From an uncultured delta proteobacterium (GTDB lineage Bacteria > Myxococcota_A > Polyangia > Polyangiales > B10-G4): a stretch of 64,000 nt of DNA. Within the stretch, counting starts at the first letter, position 1; every line of letters starts with the position of its first letter. Shown here piece by piece: positions 37,497 to 46,359 of this stretch. Location: assembly GCA_963727445.1 (NCBI GenBank), contig CAVSGI010000010.1, positions 736,001-800,000 on the forward strand, given 5' to 3'. The position numbers and the translations under genes are program-made. Under the pieces are notes generated by a model, which saw nothing but the letters and a program-made list of their open reading frames with translations, did no database searches and was not told the DNA's origin.

Positions 37497-38264
37497 TCAG
37501 TGGGGGCCTGTGCCCTCTTCCGCAAGCGACGATTCTTCCGAGGGCTCCGGTCCGTCCTCTTCGGACCCCGCCGGCCCCAACGCGTCCCGCGCCTCACAAG
37601 CCGACTCGAGGCCTTCGTCGCAAGCCATCCCGTAGAGCTCGCGCGCACGGTCGACATCCTCTTCGATGCCGCGCCCCTCCGCCATCAGGAAGGCGAGGTT
37701 GTTGCAGCCCTCCGGGCTTCCTCGGCTGCACGCCTTCTCGTAGAGCTCCGCGGCACGCCCGTCGTCCGCCGCCACGCCGTCGCCCAGCCGATAGCGGTTG
37801 CCGAGGTTGAAGCATCCGTCGCCGTGGTTGCCGTCGCAGGCCTGCTCGAAGAGCGACACCGCACGCGCGAGATCCTCCGGGACACCCTCACCACGCTGAT
37901 AGAGGAGCGCGAGGTTGTTGCAGCCCGCAGGCTCGCCGCCCTCGCACGCTTCGTTGTAGTAGCTGGCGGCGCGCACCGGATCCCGCGCCAGCCCCGTTCC
38001 CTCCTCGTAGGCGAGACCGAGAAACGCACAACCGTAGGGGACTCTGTGCTCACACGCCCAGGTCGCTCGGTCGAGGGCTTCGCTCCGCCGGCCCGAGGTC
38101 CAGGCCGCGAAGATCTCTGCTTCACAGCGCTCGGGCTCACAAGCGAGACGCTCTTCGTCGCCGTCGTCCACGCGCCGGACAGGCGCCGGCGGATGCGGGC
38201 TGGCTGTGGCGCAACCGGCGAGGCCGGTGAGGAAGGCCACGAGGACGAGCACACGAGGGGTCAC
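37497..38264 (-). CDS. Sel1-like repeat lipoprotein
   Basis: LAGC lipobox; GCNNLALLYQRGEGV..AVSLFEQAC repeats. Confidence 0.88.
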   Translation of the reverse strand: MTPRVLVLVAFLTGLAGCATASPHPPAPVRRVDDGDEERLACEPERCEAEIFAAWTSGRRSEALDRATWACEHRVPYGCAFLGLAYEEGTGLARDPVRAASYYNEACEGGEPAGCNNLALLYQRGEGVPEDLARAVSLFEQACDGNHGDGCFNLGNRYRLGDGVAADDGRAAELYEKACSRGSPEGCNNLAFLMAEGRGIEEDVDRARELYGMACDEGLESACEARDALGPAGSEEDGPEPSEESSLAEEGTGPH

Positions 38265-38355
38265 GCCGCGGAGGGTATCGGGTGTATTCTGCGCGTCCAG
38301 CCGGGGGCCCACGATTTCCGAAGACCAAAAAGAGTCACGATTCGCCACCACGCGC

Positions 38356-39198
38356 ATGTGCGACGGCGCGTTCCTCGAGCGCTTCGAGCCGACCACGCGG
38401 GACAGCGACGTCTTCGTCGCGACGGCGGCCAAGTCGGGCCAGACCTGGCTCCTCGCTCTGCTCTTTCATCTGAAGACGCGCGGCCTCGAGCCCGACTATC
38501 GCGGGACGGGCCTCCTGCGCCAGACCCCGTGGCTCGAGCTCCCCTTCGACATCGTCACCGACGAGAAGTGGGATCACGACACGAAGCTCGCGACGCTCGA
38601 AGCCCTCGACGACCCTCGCATCTTCAAGATGCACGTGACCTATCCGGAGATCCCGCGACCGGCCGGATCGAAGGCGCGGATCATGACCGTGACACGCGAC
38701 CCGCGGGACCTTCCCTACTCGATGTTCCGCCACCTCGCCGGCCTCAAGGGCGACTGGCCGGGCAAGCCGCCGACGGACGACTTCGACAGCTACTTCGAGC
38801 ACTGGTTCGAGTATGGCTACGTCTACACCTTCCTGCAGTCCTTCTGGCCACACCGCGACGACGAGGACGTGCTCTGGCTCCGCTTCGAGGACATGAAAGA
38901 GGATCTCGTCCGCGAGGCGACGAAGATCGTGGCCTTTCTCGGCTGGGAGGTCGACGGCGAGGCCATCGCGCGCTCCGTGGCCAACGTCGACTTCGCCCGG
39001 ATGCAACAGAACGAAAAGCGCGAAGTCATGCACACCGGCAAAGAGCGCTGGGAAAAGGACGCGCAATTCTTCCGCGAGGGCGCCGTGGGGAAAAATCGCG
39101 CCCGACTGAACGAAGACCAGGAAGCGCGCATCATCGAGCGCGCCAAAGAGACGCTTTCACCGGAGTGCGTCGAATTCGTCTTCGCCCAGGGGCTCTGA
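38356..39198 (+). CDS. PAPS-dependent sulfotransferase (start uncertain)
   Basis: AKSGQTW, RIFKMH, RDPRD..S, RFEDMK, FFREG. Confidence 0.88.
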   Translation: MCDGAFLERFEPTTRDSDVFVATAAKSGQTWLLALLFHLKTRGLEPDYRGTGLLRQTPWLELPFDIVTDEKWDHDTKLATLEALDDPRIFKMHVTYPEIPRPAGSKARIMTVTRDPRDLPYSMFRHLAGLKGDWPGKPPTDDFDSYFEHWFEYGYVYTFLQSFWPHRDDEDVLWLRFEDMKEDLVREATKIVAFLGWEVDGEAIARSVANVDFARMQQNEKREVMHTGKERWEKDAQFFREGAVGKNRARLNEDQEARIIERAKETLSPECVEFVFAQGL

Positions 39199-39226
39199 GC
39201 AGGCGGAAGCGCGTTATGATCGCCGG

Positions 39227-41248
39227 GTGAGAGTTCCTCTCTCGGCGTGGATGGGGAGCGCGCTCGTGGCTCTGGCCGCGTGCTCCGACGACGCGGGGGT
39301 GATCGACGCGAGCGGTGACACCGCGGTCGACGTGCCCGAGGACGTGATGGAGAGGGTTCCCGACCCGATGCCTCCTGCGCCACCGGCCCTCCCCGCCCTC
39401 ACCCCATGCCCCGATGGTTGGCAGGAGGTCGCGGTCGGGCCCACCCGCGCGTGCGAGCCGTGGCCCGAAGGGACCGAGGGATGCACCTTCCCCGAGGTCC
39501 GATTCGTCGGCGAGGACGCATGCGCGCCGCTCGGCCCCGCCTGTCCGATGACGGGGGACTGGCCCGCGGAGCTCGCCGACGACGGCGCGGTGATCTTCGT
39601 TCGCGAGGGAGCGATGGGCGGCGACGGATCCATGGGCGCGCCCTTCGGGACGCTCGCCGACGCGGTCACGGCGGTGACCGCTGGACAGACGATCGCGCTC
39701 GCCATCGGGACCTACGACGGCGACATCGAGGTGCCCGAGGACGTGACGGTGCGCGGGGCGTGCGTCGCGGGCACCGAGGTCGTCGGCTCGCCGGGCGACA
39801 TTCCCCTGGCGACGTTCTCACTGCAGCCCGGCTCGGCGGTGCGCGACCTGCGCATCAGCGGCGGGCGAAGCGGCATCTTGTTGAACTCCGGGGGTGCCGC
39901 GTCGGTCGCGAATCTCTGGATCGGAGGCGCTGGGCTCGGCCTCGGTGTGAGCAACACCGGCACGGTCCTCGACGCCGAGAACATCGTCATCGAAGATCTG
40001 GTGAGGTCGGACGACGGGCCGATCGGCGTCTTCGTCGTCAACGACTCGGAGGCCACCGTCCGGCGCCTCTACGTGCAGGGGCTCGAGGGAACGCCCGTGG
40101 GCGCGAATGGGGGCGGACACGTCACGGTCGAAGACGCGGCGCTCCTCGACACCACCGCCCCACCGAGCACCGCCCTCGGCATCGGGGCGTCGGCGCTCAA
40201 TCGGGGCTTCATGGAGCTGCGGCGCGTCCTGGTCGATGGCACGAACTCTGCCGGCGTATTCGTCGCCATGAACGGCAACGCGACACTCACCGACGTGGTG
40301 GTGCGCAACGTCCAGCTCACGGAAGGACGGGGCGCCGGCTCCTTCGGCATCGGCGTGACGAACGGCTCGACAGCGAGCGTGGAACGAATCTTCGTCTCTC
40401 ACTCCGAGGCATCTCCAATCCTGGTCCTGGGCTTTCGCTCTCAGATGACGGGAACCGACGTGGTCGCGGCCTCGCCTCTGCCCGCGACCGTGGAAGAGCT
40501 GACGGCGACCGGGATCCTGGTCGACACCGGTCAGGTCGATCTCGAGCGCGTGCTCGTCCACGACGTCCGAAACGCAGGAGTGACCATCACCCGCATGCAG
40601 AGCAGCGGGACCTTCCGCGACCTCACGGTCGAAGGCACCCGCCCGGAGACGGTCGGTGAGGCGGCGCTCGGCATCGACGTCAACATGAGCGGCGTCGCCA
40701 GCATCGAACGGGCCGCACTGAGCGACAACGTCGCAGGCGGCGTCGTGGTGTCGGGGGCGAGTAGCAGCATCACGCTGCGCGACATCCTCATCTCCGGAAC
40801 GCTCCCCACCGAGAGCGGCCGATTCGGCCGGGGGCTCGCCGTGCAGGGTGGGGCGGCGCTCAGCGCCGAGCGCATCTCGGTCGTCGACAACGTCGAGGTC
40901 GGCGTCTTCGTTCACGGCGAGGGACCGCTGGCCATGCTGCGCGACGTCTCCATCGAGCGCACCCTCCTGAGCGACGACTCGGGGGCGGGAAACGGCCTCG
41001 CCGCCGTGGAGTCGGCCCAGGTCGACGTCGATGGCTTCCGCATCGCCGACAACGCCCTCGCGGGGATCCAGATCGCCACCGGTGCGCGGGTGATCGCGCA
41101 CGCGGGCGTGGTCAGCGGCAGCCCCATCGGGGTGAACATTCAGATGAGCGACGTCGATCCGAGCGATTTCTCGGACCGCGTCGTCTACGTCGACAACCAG
41201 CAGAACCTCGACGCGAGCGAGCTGCCGGTCCCCTCACCTACCCAGTGA
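39227..41248 (+). CDS. Parallel beta-helix lipoprotein, paralog of 19278-21623
   Basis: LAAC lipobox; PCPDGW, GDGSMGAPFGT, RFGRGLAV, YVDNQQNLDASELPVP. Confidence 0.8.
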   Translation: MRVPLSAWMGSALVALAACSDDAGVIDASGDTAVDVPEDVMERVPDPMPPAPPALPALTPCPDGWQEVAVGPTRACEPWPEGTEGCTFPEVRFVGEDACAPLGPACPMTGDWPAELADDGAVIFVREGAMGGDGSMGAPFGTLADAVTAVTAGQTIALAIGTYDGDIEVPEDVTVRGACVAGTEVVGSPGDIPLATFSLQPGSAVRDLRISGGRSGILLNSGGAASVANLWIGGAGLGLGVSNTGTVLDAENIVIEDLVRSDDGPIGVFVVNDSEATVRRLYVQGLEGTPVGANGGGHVTVEDAALLDTTAPPSTALGIGASALNRGFMELRRVLVDGTNSAGVFVAMNGNATLTDVVVRNVQLTEGRGAGSFGIGVTNGSTASVERIFVSHSEASPILVLGFRSQMTGTDVVAASPLPATVEELTATGILVDTGQVDLERVLVHDVRNAGVTITRMQSSGTFRDLTVEGTRPETVGEAALGIDVNMSGVASIERAALSDNVAGGVVVSGASSSITLRDILISGTLPTESGRFGRGLAVQGGAALSAERISVVDNVEVGVFVHGEGPLAMLRDVSIERTLLSDDSGAGNGLAAVESAQVDVDGFRIADNALAGIQIATGARVIAHAGVVSGSPIGVNIQMSDVDPSDFSDRVVYVDNQQNLDASELPVPSPTQ

Positions 41249-41269
41249 GTGTTGAGATGGGCTCTGGTC

Positions 41270-42025
41270 TCAGGGCGTCTTTTCGCCGACGACCACGTAC
41301 TGGTAGGGCAGATCCTCTTCGAGAACGCGGGGCGTGAGCGAAGGGCGCATCTCGTCGGCCACGACCTCGGGGCGAATGCGCGCGTGAGCCGGCGGACCGT
41401 GGGGGCTGTCCTCGGTGAAGTCGACGACGTAGAGGCGGCCGGCCGCCTCGCCCTGGGCGGTGAGGGCGCGCGCGAGCTTCGCCGTGTAGGCGCCGCGGTC
41501 ACCGATGTGATGCCAGGTGTCCACGATGAGGATGCGATTCACGGAGTCGGGCGCGAGGCCGGGATCGTCGGGAGCGACCTCGCGCACCTCCACGTTGTCG
41601 AGGCCTTCGTCCTGAATGCGCTGGCGCATGTGCGCGACCATGTTGGGCTCGACGTCGAGCGCCAGCACGTGGCCCTCGGGTCCCACCGCGCGAGACAGAT
41701 ACGACAGGAAGTAGCCGGTCCCCGCACCGAGATCGACCACCGTCATCCCGGGCGCGATCTCCATCAGCGACACCACCTCTTCCGGCTTCTGCCAGGCATC
41801 GCGCTCCGGATCGTCGAAACGCGCCGCGAAGTGCTCCGCGTTGCTGAAGTCGTGATGATATCCGGCCTCCTCCCCATGCCCGTGCCCGTGCCCGTGCCCC
41901 CCCGACGTCGCCCGCCCTTCCCCGCTCCCAGCCGTCTCCCCGTTCGACGCCGCGCTCCCCCCGCACGCGCCGCCAAACGCCAGTAGCCACGCGACGACGA
42001 GCGTCGCCCCGCACGCCCCCCTCAT
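41270..42025 (-). CDS. Class I SAM-dependent methyltransferase with lipoprotein-like signal
   Basis: RDAWQKP, VVDLGAGTGYF, VDTWHHI; N-terminal FGGAC and His-rich linker. Confidence 0.85.
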   Translation of the reverse strand: MRGACGATLVVAWLLAFGGACGGSAASNGETAGSGEGRATSGGHGHGHGHGEEAGYHHDFSNAEHFAARFDDPERDAWQKPEEVVSLMEIAPGMTVVDLGAGTGYFLSYLSRAVGPEGHVLALDVEPNMVAHMRQRIQDEGLDNVEVREVAPDDPGLAPDSVNRILIVDTWHHIGDRGAYTAKLARALTAQGEAAGRLYVVDFTEDSPHGPPAHARIRPEVVADEMRPSLTPRVLEEDLPYQYVVVGEKTP

Positions 42026-44155
42026 CGACACACCGTCCGAACGTCGCTGCGCCCGAAGCGCGAGGTCTCGATACAGATCTGACCGTCGAGGCACATCGCG
42101 TCGGCCGTATCGCATTGCGCGACGCAGCCGCCGCGCGAGCCGAGATCGATGCAGAAGGTAGCGGCGTTGCCGGTGCGGTCCGGGCAGTAGGGGCTGTCGA
42201 GGCTGCAGGGCAGCGAGCAGAAGCTGGTGCCGCCCGAGGGCGTCTCGCACACGCCGCCGTCGTAATCGCAGTCCGCGTCGGTGGTGCACGGCCCGCCGAT
42301 CCAGCCCTCGTTGAAGGCGGGCGTGACCTCGGGGAGCGCCGTGATGAAAGCCGCGATCGTCGCGACGGCGGCCTCACCCTCGGTGATGGAGGGCCAGGCG
42401 CGATCGACGGGCGGCATGCCCGCGGTGCCGACCGGCGTGAGCCGCTCGTAGAGCGCGCTGGTCTCGGGCGAACCGGGATTCGAGCCATCCGCCGAGCGCC
42501 AGCAGGTAGCGCAGCTCCGGATACGCGGAGTCGTCGCCGACGAAGCGGAAGTCGTCGTGACAACCGCTGCACGAATCCGAGCGGAGCACCTGGGCGACCA
42601 TGTCGTCGTAGAGCCCCCGCAGCGTGTCGTCGGAGTCGAGGAGGCGCTTGTACGCCGGGTAGAGGTCGACGCGCGTCGTTGGGGGCAGCGCGCCGGTGGC
42701 GCGGCCGAGAACGATGATCGACCGGTTCTTGTCGTCGGCGATCCAGATGGTTCCATCGGCGGCGACGTAGGGGGTGACGGGCGCGCCCTTGGGACGGACT
42801 CCCTGCACCTCGAACCACGCCTCGATCAGATAGTTCGCCTGCGACGCGTAGAGCTCACCGGCGGTGGTCGGGAACTCCTCGGTGACGGAGATGCCCGCGC
42901 CGGTGGGATCCGCGAGGTAGGTCGCGCCTTCGGCGCGGATCGGCAGGCCGTCCGGATCGACGTCGATAGCCATGAGACGATGGCCGGCCGGGCGATAGCC
43001 GTGCAGAGGCACGAGGAGCTGCCCTTCGAGCTCCGAGAACATGTCGCCGTGATAATAGGTGAGGCCGAGCGGCGCGCCGTGGGGCGGCAACAGGATGTGC
43101 GGCGGGCTGTAGTTCGGGTTGTCCAGGCTACAGGGGAAGACGCTGTAGTCCGCCCACTCGTCGCTGGTCCCCTCGATGTCGTAGCAGTAGGGCCAGCCGT
43201 AATGCTTCGGCATCTCTTCGCCGTCGAGCACCGCCTTGGGGATCACGTTCAGCTCCTCGAAGGGCCGGCTCGACTCGCGGAAGTCGCGGGAGTTCTCGAC
43301 CTGGAGCAGATCGCCGGCCGGCGAAAAGGCGAGGCCCATGGAGTTGCGCAGGCCGAAGGCCACGGTGCGGAACGCCGGGTCCCAGCCCTCGGCGACGCTG
43401 CCACGGAAGGCGTAACGGCGGATCACCGCCCCTTCCTGCTCGGGCCCCGTCGCGGCGGGACCGCCGCCGAGATAGCCGTCGGCTTCGAGACACGGACCGC
43501 CCGCGAAGTCGGCGCAGTGATCGGAGAAGGCGCCGACGTTGAGGTAGAGGTTGCCCGCGTCGTCGAAGACGAAGTTCGACAGGGGGTGGAAGCTGTTGCG
43601 CGAGCCGTTGCGATCCATCGGCGGCAGCCCGTCGAGGATGGTGAAGATGGCGGACTCGTCGATCGCGCCGTCCGCGCCGATGGCGCTCGCGGGGAACGCG
43701 AAGATGCGCGTGTCCTCGCCGACGAAGAGGTAATCCTCGGGGCCGACGGTGACGAGGTGCGGCACGGAGAGGTGGTCGAGGACACGGGTGAGGCGTGCGT
43801 TCGGCGGCGTGCGCGCGTCGAGATACCACAGGCCTCCGTTGCCCGGGGTCCAGCCGCCGAGGTCGGTGACGAGCATCTCGTAGGGACGGCCGGGGATCTC
43901 GACGAGGGTGCGCGGCGAGAAGGTCGTGTCGTCGTCGCCGGCGACGAGCCCCGCACAGACGAACTCGGCGGTGTCGATGGCTACGCGCGGCCAGCCGCCG
44001 CAGCTGACGCCGGTCTGTGCGTAGTCGTCGGCCTTGCCGGTGGGCAGGGGTGGCAGGTCGTCGCGGCGGGCGTCGCTGCCGCTGCAAGAAAGGGCGAGGG
44101 CGAGGGCGAAAGCCGCCGTCGACCAGGGGAAAGCTCGGGTCACGGCGCCCAGCAT
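42022..44155 (-). CDS. Glucose/sorbosone dehydrogenase-like beta-propeller fused to a c-type cytochrome and Cys-rich tail (~710 aa; one +1 frameshift ~42480)
   Basis: GKAD lipoprotein motif; GLRNSMGLAF, EELN, HYGWPYCY, HGAPLGL, CSGCH, then SALYERL..GMPP in the next frame. Confidence 0.82.
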
Positions 44156-44264
44156 TGCACGACAATTCCCCCGTCGCGACGTCCGGACGACAAATCCGGT
44201 CACGAATCTGGGCCTCGACGCCACGTGAGAGGCAGAGGGCGGAAGCAGACGTGGGAAGGACAGC

Positions 44265-45341
44265 GTGACTCGGCGGATCTCATTTGCTTTTTTGGCTCTC
44301 GCGCTGGCGGCTCCCCTGGTGCTCATCAGCGGCGGGCCGACCGCCGCCCAGGTGGGGCAGCGCAGGGTGGTTCAGCGCCCGCATGTCCGGCCTCCGCCTC
44401 CGCCTCCGCCTCCACCGCCCCCGCCGCCGCCTCCCCAACTGCAAGCCGGACAGCTCATCGCGCACGAATGGGGCGTGTGGGTCGTCGAGAACGGACGGCC
44501 CACGCATCTGCGAGAGCTCGCAGCGGAGCTGCCACCGTTCGTCCAGCGCATGGCGGACGCCGCGGCGATGACGGCGCCGCTGCCGCAGCCTCATCCCCAG
44601 CCACATCCGCATCCCATCCATCCGCCGCCCCCGCACGGCCACCCGCCGGGCACGGTCGCGCGCAAGCCCGTCCTCTTCCTCTACGCAGAGCAGCCGACGC
44701 AGGTACACGTCGAGGTCGGCTTCACCGGCGGTGAGCCCTGGATGGTGTACCCGAATGCGCAACGCGTCCCGAACCTCACAGGGGCCGGATCGCCCGGCCT
44801 CGCATGGGACCTGACGGTCGCACCGACTCGTGCCCCCGCGTTTCACTCCATCCATCCCGGGCATTGGTGGAAAGACCTCCGCCTCGTCGGTGCGAGCGCG
44901 GTGGTCACCGCCGATGGGCACAGCGAGGGCTTCCTCTTCTACGACGGGCCGGTCGCCTTCGAGCGCTCCTTCGTTCTGAGCCACGAGCAGGGCGGCGCAG
45001 CGGTCTCACCCGCCTCGAACGAGACGATGCTCTTCCTGGCCAACGGTCAGTCGTACGTCGAAGCCGAGGTGGATCCTCGGACCCGCTCCTCGACCCAGCG
45101 CGCCGCGGGAGACATGACGCAACTTCGGGCGCGGCTGCTCACGGTGTTGCAAGAGCGCGGCCTGAGCGCCCCCGAAGCGCGCTCGCTCCTCGAGACCTGG
45201 CGCGACGATCTCTTCCGCGATCAGCGTGCACGCGCCATCTACTTCGTGCCCCGCGACGCGTACGACCGCATGCTCCCCTTGCGCATCACCCCCGCGCCCA
45301 CCGACCTGGTTCGCGTCGGCCTGGTGATCGATCGCGGCTGA
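44265..45341 (+). CDS. Secreted uncharacterised protein with poly-Pro linker
   Basis: Signal peptide, Pro-rich run, HEWG, KPVLFLY, FLFYDG, GLSAPEARSLLETW. Confidence 0.78.
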   Translation: MTRRISFAFLALALAAPLVLISGGPTAAQVGQRRVVQRPHVRPPPPPPPPPPPPPPPQLQAGQLIAHEWGVWVVENGRPTHLRELAAELPPFVQRMADAAAMTAPLPQPHPQPHPHPIHPPPPHGHPPGTVARKPVLFLYAEQPTQVHVEVGFTGGEPWMVYPNAQRVPNLTGAGSPGLAWDLTVAPTRAPAFHSIHPGHWWKDLRLVGASAVVTADGHSEGFLFYDGPVAFERSFVLSHEQGGAAVSPASNETMLFLANGQSYVEAEVDPRTRSSTQRAAGDMTQLRARLLTVLQERGLSAPEARSLLETWRDDLFRDQRARAIYFVPRDAYDRMLPLRITPAPTDLVRVGLVIDRG

Positions 45342-45364
45342 CGGCCTCCGCCGTCGTCGAGACC

Positions 45365-46357
45365 TCAGCCGGGAATGGTGCTGACGCGGTTGCGGCCCGA
45401 GCGCTTGGCCTCGTAGAGGGCGTCGTCGGCGCGGGCGACGAAGGCGTCGGCGGGAACGTGTCCGTCCCAGCTCGCGACGCCGATGCTGACCGATTGGGAG
45501 AGCCGGACGCCGTCGTCCAGGAGGATGGGCAGCTCGGAGACGGCGGCGCGGATGCGTTCGGCGACGTGGGACGCGTGCTCGCCGTCGGTGTCCGGCATGA
45601 CCAGGACGAACTCCTCGCCGCCCCATCGCACGAGGGCATCCTGGACGCGGGTGGCGGCGCGCACCCGGTCGGCGAACTCGCGCAGGACGAGGTCTCCGGC
45701 AGCGTGGCCGTGGTCGTCGTTGACCCGCTTGAAGTGGTCGAGGTCCATCATCAACACGCTGAGCGCCGTCTTCTGACGCTTCGCGCGCGCCATCTCCTCT
45801 TCGAGGCGCGGCACCAGGTATCGGCGGTTGAACGCGCGGGTGTGCGCGTCGGTGGTCGCCAGACGCTCGAGGCGTGAGCGCTCGATGGCCGGGACCGCGC
45901 AGTTCGCGAGCAGCCGCGCCAGCAGCTCGTCCCGATCGCCGAAGTGGCGCTGGTCGCCGTGGCTGACCGAGAGCACGCCGATGACCCTGCCCGCGGACCA
46001 CAGGGGCACCGCCATCATCGACCCGACGTCGAACCCCTGATTGTCCCGCTGCTCGAAGCGCGGGTCGGCGGCTACCTCGGGCAGGTGGGCGATGCTGCCG
46101 TGCTCGACCACCCAGCCCGCGATGCCTTCGTTCGGCTTGAAGGTCAACGGCGCCCGGTCGGTGCCGAGCCCCGAGCGCGCTCCGCACAAGAGGGCGCTCC
46201 GGGCGTCGTCGAGGAGTCGGATCGATGCGTGGTCCGCGTCGACGAGAGCGAGCGCCGAGTCGGTGACCGCCTGAAGCGAATGCTCGAGTGTCTCCTCCGA
46301 CGCCAGATGTCGCGTCAGGTCGAGTAGCACCACGATGGGATCCACGCGTTCGGCCAC
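45365..46357 (-). CDS. GAF-GGDEF diguanylate cyclase
   Basis: EGIAGWV..DPRF GAF domain; DLDHFKRVND, RVQD I-site, WGGEEF. Confidence 0.93.
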   Translation of the reverse strand: MAERVDPIVVLLDLTRHLASEETLEHSLQAVTDSALALVDADHASIRLLDDARSALLCGARSGLGTDRAPLTFKPNEGIAGWVVEHGSIAHLPEVAADPRFEQRDNQGFDVGSMMAVPLWSAGRVIGVLSVSHGDQRHFGDRDELLARLLANCAVPAIERSRLERLATTDAHTRAFNRRYLVPRLEEEMARAKRQKTALSVLMMDLDHFKRVNDDHGHAAGDLVLREFADRVRAATRVQDALVRWGGEEFVLVMPDTDGEHASHVAERIRAAVSELPILLDDGVRLSQSVSIGVASWDGHVPADAFVARADDALYEAKRSGRNRVSTIPG

Positions 46358-46359
46358 CT

